From Chrysomallon squamiferum (lineage: Eukaryota; Animalia; Mollusca), in contig CM022666.1 in assembly GCA_012295275.1 (NCBI GenBank), positions 9,734,001-9,798,000 of the forward strand: a stretch of DNA of 64,000 bases, read 5' to 3'. The position numbers were made by a program, and so were the translations under genes. Positions 1 through 13,556 of this stretch are shown piece after piece. How positions within the stretch are numbered: position 1 is the first letter of the stretch; each line of letters starts with the position of its first letter. The notes beneath the pieces are model-generated. The model did not search any database. It worked only from the letters and a program-made list of their open reading frames with translations, and was not told the origin of the DNA.

Positions 1-149
1 ATCATTTTAATTGTAATTACAATAGAATACAATCCATTTAAGGTTCAATACAAATTTTGTTTTACAGAAATTAACTGTAAATGTAAAACTCTAAAAAGTT
101 GATGATCGTTTTAAAATTATATAACTACTATTACTGCTATATCTGTGAT

Positions 150-540
150 ATTACATTCTCAGTTAATGAACGTTATACAACGACTACAACAACATCACAT
201 CAATTCTCAGTTCATGAACTAAAATATCACAGTAATTCTCAGTTTACAGATTAAAAACATTAATTTATTAAGCTACAACTGTGATTTCCACTTCTCACTT
301 AATAAACATGTAATGCTATGACTACAACAACGTCACATCAGTTTTTAGTTTCAAGACTACAACTAGCACAAGATCGTACTTGTGTGTGACATCTGCTTGT
401 AAATTACAACTACCACAATATCATACCTCTATGATATCCGTTTGTAAAATGCAACTACCACAACATCATACCTGAGTGACATCAGTTTATAAACTACGAC
501 TACCACAACATCGTACCTGTATGACATCCGATTCTCAGTT
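150..540 (-). repeat. ~45-bp tandem repeat containing the NIT-GC splice donor at 517
   Basis: Units like ACTACCACAACATCGTACCTGTATGACATCCG at ~355, 404, 450 and 494; more decayed units (TTCTCAGTT, GACTACAACAACATCACATCA) lie to the left. Confidence 0.75.
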
Positions 541-2246
541 TGTACATTTGTCCTGGGAGGTGTGGAATGGCGATTGATTTCATTTTCGTTAGCAACTGCA
601 GCGACATGCGACAGATCTCAGCCGCATGACCTTCGCATGGACTAGGCACACCTAGCAACATTAGAAATACTTTAAAAATCTTTTTATAAACATTTCGTCA
701 ATTTATCTAATGAATCATTCAACACATGATCCATTCACTCATTTAGCAAAATGTCCAGTGACTCATGCAGCAAATAAATCATCGGTGAATTATTTAGAAA
801 ATTGTCCAATGAATAATTAATTCATCAGTGAATTAATTATTCAACCAATCATCAAAATGATACAGCAGATGTTTCACTGGATAATTTGATGAATGATTAG
901 ATGGTTCACCATATGATTGATTGATGATTTGCTGCAATAACTGTCTTGTTAATAATTACTGGGATTCAGTTTTCTTGTGTTTTAGATAAAAAAAAGCAAT
1001 GAAAAAAAACGAAAAAAACTAAAATAAATAAAACGTCTGAAAAAACAACAACAACAGAAAGTTACCTGATGTAATCAGGTATGAGTCTCCAATAGTTTCA
1101 ATCTTGTGTACATTGTTCTGTTTGATGATGTCATCAAAAATCGTGCACATCTTGTTAATCATCTGAATGACCAGCACGGGGGCGCTGCGTGACGAGATCT
1201 CAGTAAAGTCTTGTATGTCGGAGAAAAACACGGTGACATCCGGGAAGTTCTTGGCAGTGTCTTCGTCCTGCTGCGGCTGCTGCATCAGATCAGCGATGTA
1301 TTTGGGCAACAACTGATACATCAGCTTTACTGTGTGCTTCTTCTGTTTCGTCACAGAGTACATCCTTCATGTAAATAAATAAATAAATAGATTAGATTAA
1401 ATTAATTAATAAATAAATGCAATAAATAAAAGCAACAAATAAATAAAATAAATAAATAAATTATAAGCAAATAAACAAAGAAACAAGTAAGAAAGACAAC
1501 AAATAGGTACGATAGCAAATACATGAGTAAAAGAGAAAAAAAAATGAAATAAACAAACAAGTAAGTACATAAGTAGTTAAATAAACAAAAAAAAAGTAAG
1601 CAAGAAAGCAAAGTAATTAGAATAACAAATTGATGAATATAAAAAAAAAGAAAAAAGAAAAGAAGAACAACAACAACAACCAAATAAACAATAAACAACA
1701 AAAACCTTTCTGCTAGGCATAGCGAATATCGCTGACTGATGTTGGTCAGAAAATACATCACGTAGATAATGATGATAGAAATGATGATGACGCAAATGCA
1801 GACGGCGGAGATAACGTACATCTTCTGTCTGTCTGTGTTCTGACCTCGGTCCTGCATTTTGGTTATCTCGATGGCTAGTTCTTCCTGAATGACCAGCAAC
1901 AAGTCCATGTACTGGGTCATGTTGTCAAACCACATCTGAGCCATGTTTAGAGTTCCGTTTCCGCCGAGTTTGTCCGATCGAATCTCTTCTCTCATACTTT
2001 CCAGGTTCTCCAGCTGCTTGACGTTTTTCTGCAACATAAATTAAAACGTGTAAGTATGCGATATTGGAAGTTGGGAACGTCTAAGGAGACAAGTGGGTGG
2101 TAATTTCATCTTGGAGATAACTGGATACTGGGAAGTTCTAAGGAGGCACATGGGTGGTATTTTCTTCTTTAATTTTATCGAATAACTGGAAAGATACAGG
2201 AGTAATAAAGACAAGAGAATTGAAGGGGGGAGAGCGATAGTAAGTG

Positions 2247-2332
<86 letters not shown>

Positions 2333-2965
2333 GATTACAAACTAAAAGGCAAATTACTGAATATTATATAAAAAGTGTTTTGAATGTTGAAACTGTTCGT
2401 CAGCTCTCACACTGTGTTCTCTAGAAAAGGAAAAAACTTGAAAAAAAAAGAAACATATTTAAAACTTACGTAGATATTCTTTTCATAGAGGTCATGCACC
2501 AAATCAGAGTAGCGCCTTGCTGACAGAATGGTTGCCATAGCAACGTCCTGACTTTCGGCGAACCACAGATACATGTCAAGTGATGGGAACCGACCGTCGA
2601 CGTAAAACACCGTTCCGAGCGCTCGCTCTAGCCCGACGTACTCCTTGGCAAGCACTACTTCCTGATAGGCCACAAGGCTCGGCCACACGATTGTCGACTG
2701 ATCCTCCGTGACCGCCTCGTACAGCCATACAATAAACACCCGAATCAGAGTCGTGTAAAACTGTAACTCTCTGTCCACCGTCTGATCCTGTATGTCCAAC
2801 TCGTATCTGCAGTAACAGTGCAAGTAGTAGTAGTTGTAATAATAATAAAATGGTAGTAGTAGTAACAATGATACTAATAATAACAGTAATAATATTAATA
2901 GTAATACTATTGCTACTACCACAAATAATAATACAATAATAATAATAATGAAGGTAGAAGAAAAC

Positions 2966-3002
<37 letters not shown>

Positions 3003-5047
3003 TTGGATTAGTAGTAGTGGTAGTAGGTATAGCAGTAGTAGTAGTAGCAGAAGCAGTAATAGTAGGTGTAGCAGCAGTTGTACAAGTAGAAGAAGTAGGA
3101 GTAAGTGTAGTAATATTGAATAAGAATAAGTAGTAATAGTAGCTTAGCAGGAGCAGCAGCAGTAATAAAATAATAATAATAATGGTATAATAATTACAAG
3201 GAGTGAGTGAGAGAGACAAAAGAAAAAGTGAGATAAAAGGAAAAACGTGAAATAGAAAGGAAAAAAGAAGAAGATAAAAAGAAGAAGCGGAAAACAAAGA
3301 AGTAGATCAACAGTATAAAAAAAGGGTACCTGTGTTTGTTGAGAAATGATAAAAAGTTATCTTTCGACTGGAACTCGTTGCTAATCAGGACTGGGCCAGT
3401 GGTCGAGAATTTGAAATTCTCCAGCGACGTATCCGTCTTCACGTACTGCTCCAGCAGCAGGTTCTTCGTCTTCTTCTGAATTGAGCTGAGATAGAGGGCG
3501 CTAACGTCTCTCTCTTCCTGTAGCGAATGGATCACCTGACCCAGTCGGACGCTGTAAAGGAGGGTGTTTGTGATGGCCGACGATTTGGCATAGTTGCTCA
3601 GTGTCAGACAGAATGTGTTGGTAGTTATCCCAGTGAGAACGATGACGGGGATCATGATGATGGAAATTAGTTTTATCATCTGTTTTATTTTACCTGATTT
3701 AGTTGTTGGGTGATCTGAGGAAATAAACCCAATAAAAACAACAAAGTAATAATATTTATACTTTGTTGTTTCTTTTGTCTTTACGTACATACATACATAT
3801 ATACATACATACATACATAAATACATACATAAATACATACATTCATACATACATACATATATGTATACTTGTATGTGTTTGTTTGTGCACTAGCAAACGT
3901 ACCGACGAAACAGTCTAAAACGGCGGTGAATATGACATTGTTTCGGTTCATGACTGGGACGGTGACGTCGGCGATAACCATTCTGCTAACAACATCAGTG
4001 TCATTGGTGACCACCATGTAAGCGGTGTCCGCTGTTTTACGTCTGGGTTAATCAGATTTCACCAGCTTGCATAATTTATGTTAATAACATAATGTTTCGT
4101 TAGATGACGCCATAGTATGTCATATGAAAAGACTAATGCTGCAGAAGTGCGCATTTTGATCTATTTTCCACCAAACATAATCATTTCATTGGACAAAAAA
4201 GTATAATTAAATACAATAAGAAAAACACTAGCCTATTTTTATTTTATTCTTTATCTAAGAATTGATTAGAAATAGAATATAAATATTGTATTTATGTATT
4301 TAAATACAATATTTATCATTCTATTTCCAGTCAATTCTTAGAAAAAGAATAAAATAAAAATAGGCTATGTATTTAAAAATATTGGAAATCTATATAAATG
4401 CTTCTCTAATGTCAGCTCTATGTTGGATGTTCAACAGTTGTAAATGGAAGTAATTTATTCATCCTTACTCCCAACAGAAAAACTTTGAATGTCCTGGACC
4501 CTACACCTTACAATGATCTCAGATTGATTGTGATAGTTATATTTTAAAGCTTTTATTGTTTACTCCAATAATCTGTTTCCTCAATAAAATTTGTTTTTAT
4601 AGTAATCTAAACCCTTAGTTACATAGGCCGAAGGATCAAGAAGACATCTTTTAAGATTGTATATATAAAGAGGGAGAGAGAAAATGAGGTGGGGAGAGAG
4701 AAAATGAGGTGGGGAAAAATTGTGAAATAGTGATAAACAGAAGAGACCAGACAGACAGGCAAAGAGACAGACACAGAAAAAAAGCAACAAAATTAGAATT
4801 AAACAGAAATATATAAATACAGAGATAGATAACGAGAAATACCAAAATAGAGAGAGACAGACAGACAGACACACTTACTTGAACATATTTGCTGACATGC
4901 AGTGCGAGGACCCTTGATGTCAAACACTGACCTCTCAATCTCAGAAGGGGTCAAAGACGCCCTCCCTGACGACACGATGGACGGACGTCTTCCACCCTCA
5001 CTGCCTGAATCCACCCGCCTGTTCCTGTATGTTTGTATCCACGACAT
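517..5047 (-). CDS. Membrane NIT (nitrate/nitrite-sensing)-domain guanylate cyclase, NIT-GC-like; 3' end lies outside the window
   Basis: Hand-spliced exons 5047-4879, 3714-3330, 2806-2470, 2028-1706, 1364-1066 and 651-517; all GT-AG, phases consistent, about 549 aa in the window. Order of parts: TM1 (LISIIMIPVIVLTGIT); NIT-like motifs (VIHSLQEERDVSALYL, AKEYVGLERALG, WFDNMTQYMDLL); TM2 (VISAVCICVIIISIIIIYVMYFL); coiled coil (LMYQLLPKYIADLM); class III cyclase (VTVFFSDIQDFTEISS, HKIETIGDSYLITSGVP, HAAEICRMSL, LRIGCHTG). The KIETIGD Glu fits GTP specificity. Confidence 0.88.
2250..2326. repeat. (AG)n microsatellite
   Basis: Perfect AG dinucleotide run. Confidence 0.95.
4229..4367. repeat. Near-perfect fold-back palindrome (MITE-like)
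   Basis: Arms of about 66 bp (TAGCCTATTTTTATTTTATTCTTTATCTAAGAATTG...) are reverse complements with few mismatches and a ~6-nt loop; the central GTATTTATGTATTTAAATACAA recurs at ~49019-49040. Confidence 0.75.
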
Positions 5048-6197
5048 GTGTATGACTATAACAACAACAACAACAACAACAATAATAATAATAATGGTGG
5101 TAGTAGTAGTAGTAGTAGCAGCAATAGTAATAGTAATAGTATAATAATAATGATAACTACAACAACAATAATCTTTATTTTAAACAGGTGAGTACATATC
5201 AGAGTTTTGGCCGGAACGGTAAAAAAGTGAATAGATTTTATGATACAAATTTATTGTGCGAATTAATATTTCAGACAAATTGCCCAGCCACTGGTCTCGT
5301 TTCTCACATGAAAAGAAATGGGAATATTACTCTCAGTTTTCCTAAATAATTTTAACTTCACTCAGTTTAAACACTGAACGAAAACCAGTCATAACTGTGA
5401 AAGACTGTCATTTCAGCACAATGATGACATAAACATTGCTGTTACCAAGGCAACAGGCCACATCTGTTTAAAACTGTGATACACTGTTATTTAGCAAATT
5501 AAAGGTATCTAAGTAGTGAATTCAATTCTTTATATTATTTAAATTACTATATATATATATAAATATATAATAATAATATAAAAAAATAATAATACAAAAG
5601 TTCAGTGTATATTTCCTTTGCAACCTGTTTCCATTGGTGTTTATTTTCTCTATTAAATAAAAGAAAATAAACTTAAATTTAAAAACAAATGAATAAAAAG
5701 ACATACAAATAACATAAATAAATAAATAAAATTAATTAAAAACAAAACTGAATGATAAAAAAGAATTTTTTTATATTTAATATGTACATAAAAAAGTGTG
5801 TGAATGTTATTATTTTATATCAATGTGTATGTCTCTATGTGTATGTGTGTCTGTATGTAAATGTATGTAAATATAAATGTGTGTATGTGCTTGTGTGGGT
5901 GGGGATGGCGGTGTGAGTATGCATGCATGCATGTGTATAAATATGCATTTGTGGGTGAATGTGTTTCTGTATATGTATATATATATATCTACATGTGTAT
6001 GTGTTATATGTATGTATGTGTATGTATGTATGTATGCATATATGTACGTTTGTGTGTACATGTAGTAGTTTGTTTTAATCTTTGTACTATAAAACTGTCT
6101 ATATATAGTGACTGTTTAAATAAAAGAACAAAAACATAATAAAAGAATCAAAATAATTTGCTAAAATATTTCATAAAAATTATTTAAAATATCTTAC

Positions 6198-6298
6198 CTG
6201 TTTTATATCCAACCTAATCAATTTCAGAATTTCCTTTTATGATAATCAAAATGTCTAACTTGAATCCCAGCCTCTATCTGAATTGTAACCATGGTAAT
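6198..6298 (-). other. Candidate 5' UTR exon of the NIT-GC gene
   Basis: Non-repetitive 101-nt segment bounded by TTCTCTGTGCAG| and |GTAAGA on the minus strand; an acceptor (TATAG) lies 8 nt upstream of the ATG at 5047. No transcript evidence. Confidence 0.4.
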
Positions 6299-6364
6299 CT
6301 GCACAGAGAAGCAACATAACTGTGACTAACACATTTATTAAAATACACAGAGAATTTAGAACTG

Positions 6365-6790
6365 GTGTAGTGGTAGATGTAGCAGGTGAAGTCAGAATCA
6401 CTGTAGTAAGATTAGTAGAAGTAGAAATAAAAGTAGTAATAGAAATAGCAACAGAAATAGTAGTAATATATATAGAAGTATACATAGAAGTAGTAGTAGC
6501 AGTAGCAATAATAACAATGATAGCAGTAGTAACAGTAGTGGAAGATGCAGTAATATAGTAGTAGAAAAAGCAGTTATAGTAGCAGAATTCATAATTAGTA
6601 GTGGTAATAATAATAGTGGTACTAGTACTACTAATAATAGTAATAGAAAAAGTAGATGCAGTAATATTAAAAATAGTTCTAGAAGTAGCAGTAATAGTAG
6701 TAATAGTAGTAGGAGTTACAGTAGTACTAGTAGTAGCATTAGTAGTGGTGAATACTAGCAGTAGTAACTGTAGTAACAGTAATAGTGCTT
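6365..6790. repeat. Degenerate (GTA)n low-complexity tract
   Basis: GTA/GCA/ATA triplets; source of several spurious ORFs. Confidence 0.85.
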
Positions 6791-7334
6791 GTATTACCAC
6801 TACATCAGTCTTCAGTTCTTCACAGCTCTACTATTACACAGTTTTTTTCCTTTTTTATTACACTAAAACAAATTTATGGTCAATATGCAGTTTTAATTTA
6901 TCAAAAATCTACAATAAAAAAAAAAGAAGAATCAAAAACAAGTAGCTATAAAACGTTTATTGTACTGATGTGATATGTTTAATAGTACACAGCAATTATT
7001 AAAATCAATTATTTTTCTCATGGTTTAAAAAGTAAAGCTAAAATACTGTGAATCTGTTAAATAATTATTTATAGCAAATATTGAATATAAAAGTCATTAT
7101 TTATTTGTAAATTTACATTCTATATATAATACATAATATAGAAAACAAAAAATTTAAAAACATTTCTCTGGATTACATGTCAATTAACACAGTAAAAATC
7201 CCATGAAATTTGTGTAAATAAAAAAAAATAAACATCACTTCATAACTTGAGAAAGTTGTAAAGGTACACAAAGGTAAAATTGGAATATATCAATAAGAAA
7301 ACACTTTAACAAAAATATTGAAGTGCATTTGCAA

Positions 7335-7690
7335 CAAGTTTATGCAAACTCTATTTTATAACAATTTAAAACATGTTTATGTAAACTGAAAATTATAACA
7401 ATTTGAAACAAGTGTATGTAAGTTCTAATTTATAACATTTTGAAACACATATGTAAATTTTATTTCACAAGTTTAAAACATGTTTATGTAAATTCTAATT
7501 TATAACATTTTGAAACATATGTAAATTTTATTTCACAAGTTTAAAACATGTTTATGTAAATTCTAATTTATAACAATTTGAAACATCTTTATGTAAATTC
7601 TAATTTATGACAACTTGAAGCATGTTGATGTAAATTCTAATTTATAATAGACTGAAACATATTTGTGTAAATTCTAATTTATAACAATTT
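7335..7690. repeat. ~36-bp minisatellite
   Basis: About 9-10 copies of AAACATGTTTATGTAAATTCTAATTTATAACAATTTG. Confidence 0.85.
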
Positions 7691-8283
7691 CTCAGTGGAC
7701 TATTTAACATAAGGTTATTATAGGCACATGTAAAAATATGAATAACATTATTTATAATATAACAGAAAACACAAAGAAAATGTCAGTACACTCAAAACAT
7801 GAAGTATTTTATTAAACACCCTGCCTTTACACTTCTTTAACAAATCAAGCAAATGCAAGGTCTTCGAGCTTGATAAAGGTATATTAAAAAAATCTTCTTT
7901 ACTGAAAAGCTGTCATACCACAGACACAATGACTTAAATGCAACTCAGAGGTAATTTATCAAAAGTTGGGTGTACCTATCCATTTGTTTGTCTGTATGTA
8001 AGTATTCATATATAATACCACACACACACACACACACACATATATATAATAAACAGACTACTTAATAAAAATAATAGCACAATTTTAATAATTATATATA
8101 TATTAGTGATATGTTATTAAGCCTATAGGCCTAGGCTTATGACAGCTGAGGTTATGATGTGTTTGTAACATTAGAAATAAAGTTTTTGATAAATTCAAGT
8201 TTTACAAGAAATACTTATTTTTACTTATCATCATTATCATCATTATCATTATCACCATCATTAACATCATCATCAATATTATT

Positions 8284-8348
<65 letters not shown>

Positions 8349-8958
8349 TATTATTATTATTATTATTATATGGCTCAATTTAAATAATGAAGCAAAATGA
8401 AGATTTAAACCTGAAAATTATGATAACAAAGTTAATATTCAAACTGTCTGTATTTTCACAAATATTTTTCACTTAAAAAAGAAATCCCGTTATATGATTA
8501 TTATTATTATTATTATTTAATATTAAGAAAAATAAAAGTTGCCAATAATTTCTGCCATATTGATTTAGTTATTATCATTTTATACATTTATTGAAGTTGA
8601 TAATACATGTAAATAGAGCAAGAGAGCAAAGGAATGAGAGAGAGAATGAGGGAGAGAGAAAAACACAGGGGTAAGATACAAAATCAGGAACAGAAGTATG
8701 TGAAAAGCAGATCAAGATATAAAGTTATAAATAGAGAATGACAGATAAAAAGAGAGAAACAGATAGAAAGGAAAAATAAAAATTGATAGAAAGAAACAGA
8801 CAGTGATTGACAGAGGAAGATAGATAAAAAGAAAGATTATTAAAACTTTTCTTTTAGATCTTTTATCTTCTGATTTCATTGTTTTTTCATATACAATACT
8901 GAAATTTAAAAGTGGAAGGCGCAATCACTGTTATACTTGTTAATATTAAATATTAACT

Positions 8959-11343
8959 TGTCAAATCACCCAATTGGTTAAACCCGACTGTCTCAGATTT
9001 TGATAAAACTTGGTATAGTTGTTGACTGGGATCCCACAGCACTAAAACTGAAATTTTAGGCCAATCGGACCAGTGGTGTGGGAGATATGGCCCCCTGAAT
9101 TTTGAGATTTTCAGTTTGGAGAATGTTGGTGTACACTGACCTTTTGACCTTTGTTATGACCTTGTGAACATGTGACCATGAGATGACCTTTCTTGAAATT
9201 TAATCTCCCACATGTTAACTAAAACATAAAAGTTTCAGAGGTGTAATCTTTTTTTGTTTAGCCACAATATAGATTTAAAAAATACATACCTGCATGGATG
9301 ATTGATACAATGCATTACAATGTACATTTTCTACATGTATACACTTCTCTGAGACCAAAAACTCATCTTTGGAGTCAAAATCCATCTGACATGTCTGATG
9401 GAATGCCTGAAGGATATGAAAAGATGCCAAATGGCATGAGATGTTATACACAATCAGGCCCAAAGGATTAACAGGAAGTGTGGTTTCAGGCATGTCAGGA
9501 ACTCCTTGAAATCCCCTGGTGAAAACCCCATTGAGCACATGGCAATTAGAAGTTTCTACTACTAATTCTTCTACTACTCTGTCTATTCCCACTACCTTTT
9601 GTTCCTAACTATTTCTACTTATACTACATCTTCTTCTACTGACACTATTATCAGTGATGCTACAACATTCGGTACTAGTAGTTACTTCTATTACTATTAT
9701 AACTCCCATCAGGCTCCTGTTATTACTTGCACCTCTACTACTACTACTACCACCACTGGTATTACTTTTACCACCACCAGTACTTCCACCATTACTAATG
9801 TTACTAATGGTGCTGTTACTACTTTTATTATTAGAACAACTACTACTGTCACCATTATTGCCACTACTGCTTCTTTTATTATCACAAATACTGTTACTAC
9901 GTCTACTAGTACTAGAATCACCATTATATCAACAGCTACTACAATAGATATTTCTTATTTTGCTACTTCTACTGACACTACTTCTTCTACTATTAGCAAT
10001 TAATCCTACTACTTCTTTTAGTACTACTAATTATACTAACACTCCCTCCACATTACTATTATATCTCCTACTACCTATTGCTACTACATCTAAGAGACTA
10101 CTTCCACGATTTATACTGCTACTTGTAGCATTAATATTGATATCATCATCATCATCATCATCATTATTATTATTATTACTGGCAGTATAAGTAATAATAC
10201 TAGTACTACTAGAATACAAATAGTTCAATGGGATTACAACACTGATACTTCTACAACAACAACTTTTAATATTATTACTTCAACTACCATTACATCTAAT
10301 ATAAGAATAGTAGTACATTTACTAGTACTATGACTGCTATATTTTAAAGTAATACAGTGATTATGCCTGAGATAAAACTAGTCTGAAGATCAATTCAGTT
10401 CACTGCATTATTTCATGACACTGATGGCTGTGCTGGACCATATAAAAATAAGAACAAATTTGTTAACCTGTGCCATCATGAAGAGCACTTTGAGTTGGAA
10501 GGTGAACTTTTTTGAAACAAGCCATGGGAAAAGTGCCTGTAATGGAATTGGGGGGAATGTGTAGAAGTTGCTGACAAAGGCCAGTTTGCAGTGTCCCTAC
10601 ACAGACCCAGTTCTGACCAGTGAGCCTATCATGGACTTCTGCATCAAAAGTATTCCAGGTATTTACTTTTTCAACATCACACCAGAACACATAGCAAAGC
10701 ATGAGTTGGAACTACAAGGGAGGTTTCAAGTGGCTAAAACGGTCAAGGCAACACAGCAATTTTACCGGTTAGTTCCAGTGTCTATGTCAAAGATGCATGC
10801 CTACAAGCTGAACCTGCAGAGTGACCCACCAGAACTAGTATCTGTCCAGGACTCTGAGGATGATATGACAGAGTTACCAGAGGAGCCAAGAAGCAAAACT
10901 ATATTTGTTGTCTGTATGATGATGAGGCATGGGTTAAGCTAGTTGAGGACATTTTAGAAGAGCATGGAGACATCTTCATTCATTTCATGTACCCTCATGA
11001 ATTCCTAGCATCAGGAATTGGTCATTCATATTTTAGTTAATCAGATGTTAATGGCAGAAAAGGTGTTATTTTCATGGACATGCAATTTCTGAATGTATAT
11101 TGCTGCTAAACAAAGATTATTACACCTCGAAAACTTTTATATGTTTTAGTTAACATGTGGTAGATTAAATGTCAAGGAAAGTCATCTCAAGGTCACGTGA
11201 TCCACAAGGTCAATTTCAACATCATAACAAAAGTCAGATTTGGTGCTATGGGAACCCAATCAACATGTATACCAAGTTTCATAAAAATCTGTGAAGGTCA
11301 GGTTTAAAAAAAATTGGGAGGGGTATTTGACACAGAATGACCC
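8959..11343 (+). mobile_element. Decayed Sola2-like DNA transposon with long imperfect TIRs
   Basis: Left end TGTCAAATCACC (outermost bases lost); right end ATTTGACACAGAATGACCC. Subterminal blocks ~9170-9260 and ~11110-11205 are inverted copies. Contains a transposase remnant and has the same ends as the MITE at 52668-53111. The interior ~9550-10330 is ACT-rich low-complexity sequence. Confidence 0.7.
10400..11000 (+). pseudogene. Transposase remnant (Sola2-like catalytic region)
   Basis: Translates TDGCAGPYKNKNKFVNLCHHEEHF, then after a frameshift FFETSHGKSACNGIGGNV*KLLTKASLQ. This matches the DGC..QYKN / HGK..CDGIGG pattern I associate with Sola2 transposases. Frameshift and stop are present. 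Confidence 0.72.
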
Positions 11344-12633
11344 TATACTAGTTACTACAGTGTTTATTTTAAATATTAATTTGGAATACTAGTTACTACA
11401 GTGCTTATACTCAATATTAATTTGTAATACTTGTTGCTACAAAAAACATTAATTTGTGTGTTAAGTACTTGTAAATGTTACTAATACAAACAATATACTT
11501 TGAAATGTAAAGAATATACAAAGGTTAAATAATAAGGATTAAGACTAGTTTAAACTACTTTAATATATATATAATGTTTTGTTTATAATATATTGCAAAA
11601 ATAATATAATAAAAAATCATAAAATATAAAAAATATTAATAATAATAATAAAAAACTAACTAATTAATAATTAATTAATTAATTAATACTAATACTAATA
11701 CTAATACTAATAATAATAATAATAATAATAATAAAATAGATATGTGAAACAAAAAAGTAAAATATTGAATACATTTTGCACCAGTTTATAGGATAACAAT
11801 AATTAAAAAAATATTAACAGTGAACACATCAGTCAGTGACAATGTCAAAAACAATTTTAGAAATCATTTTAAAATGATAATAAATTGAAACATTAGTACA
11901 AGAACAAAAATAAAAAAGCAAAATGTCTTAGAACACTAGAAAGATGAAAATAATTATAGAGCATTTCAGTTAAAATTAATTTGCAAACATTAAAAAAAAA
12001 AAAAAAAATATTATTTTAAAAGTGACCCCTAACATCAAATCATGTCTTAAGTCACAACTATTTTTCAAAACAGCACTGAAAAATGAACTTTTTTATTATG
12101 AGATTCTAATGACCTCACCAGAAAAAAATTGCAAATTTATAATATTAACGATACTTTAGAAGGTATTTTTTAAACCCTAGACTGAAGAAGTTACTGAATT
12201 TCCAAGAATACCTATCTTTATTTCATATATACTTAAGATGACTTTTTAAGTATTTCAGCTATGGAGACAGCAGTGGTATGAAAATGAAGTTTATAAAGCA
12301 AAGAATATGAAAATTTGCATAATTTAATAACTCTTAAAATGTGACTTAATACTTCATTTGATGTATGCAGTCACAAACTGTCATGAGATCTGATAGATTA
12401 ACCCTGTACCTACAAAATGACAACAATCTCTAATCCAGAGTCACAGGTCACTGCTATGGAAACATGTTTAAATGGAAGACCTGATTTGTATTTTTAATTA
12501 AAGGAAGCGATACACAACCCAAATATGTTATGCTTCAGTACTGAAAGAATCTGAAATATCCCTCATAGTGATAACCTTTTTTTTTGAAATTCTGTCCCCA
12601 TAATTTACAACTCTCTTTGAGGATATTAATAAT

Positions 12634-13523
12634 TCAAGGATCTTGACTTGACTGAACTTTCTTCAGAGGTATTTCATCCATGGCAGACTGTTTCTTCAGT
12701 ATCCTGTGCTTGCTCGTACTCTCGGTGGGTCTGGCATCAGTATCATCCTTACCCTCATCAGAAATCAGTGGGGACCCCTCTGTTTCCTCCTTTTCCTCAA
12801 AAACTGCATCCAGTGGGGTGGTCGGACTATGAGATGTTCCCTTCTGTGTTTCATCAATAATAATCTGTGTGTCAGTTTCAGGTATGAAAGCACCGTGCCT
12901 TGATGTTTTACCCAGATCAAAAGTTATTGCCCGGTCCTTTGCATCAAGATTTCTTTTAGTCACTGATCTCTCCTTACACATCTCACTGTCTGAGTCAGAC
13001 CATGACCTTCGTTTTCGGGTAATATCCTGAAGTGGTATGGCATGTTGCAGACGCAGATTGCGTTTTGCCTTTGCCTGGATGTTGCTGAGCATGCTGTTGT
13101 GATCCTCAGAGACGAGGTCTCTGTCATACATACTGTGTAGCAGCTGAAAAAGAAGATAAACATGTTTAAATTTGTAATAAACTGTATAAAACAGTTATGG
13201 ATATTTTCAAGAGTGAACTGATAATACTTTTCCAATGGAACTGAATCACTGTTATGAGAGAGAGACAGATGGTGTTTCTACTGAAACAAATCTACTGATT
13301 CAAAGTTTATAAAGGTACAAATCTGCTGACTGAACTGTACACACCAATCTACTGGAGGTCTGGGATGTCAGAAGATGGCGCAGTCCTTTAGCATCTATAT
13401 TATGATCAAATTTCTGAGGTCTTCTTAACGTTACAGGCTCTGAAAATTAATAATAAAACATTATTTTATTTTACATTGTTACTACTGTTATTGTTATTGT
13501 TGTTGTTGTTGCTGATATTGTTG

Positions 13524-13556
<33 letters not shown>

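Noticed and set aside
1-5047. Recent horizontal transfer of the NIT domain from bacteria
   Set aside because: The gene has multiple spliceosomal introns within the NIT region and NIT-GCs are already known in other animals; nothing here indicates a recent transfer.
5810-10228. Many 60-180 aa ORFs rich in T, L, V, I or S
   Set aside because: Translations of (GTA)n, (ACT)n, (TG)n and (ATC)n simple repeats; no splice or homology support.
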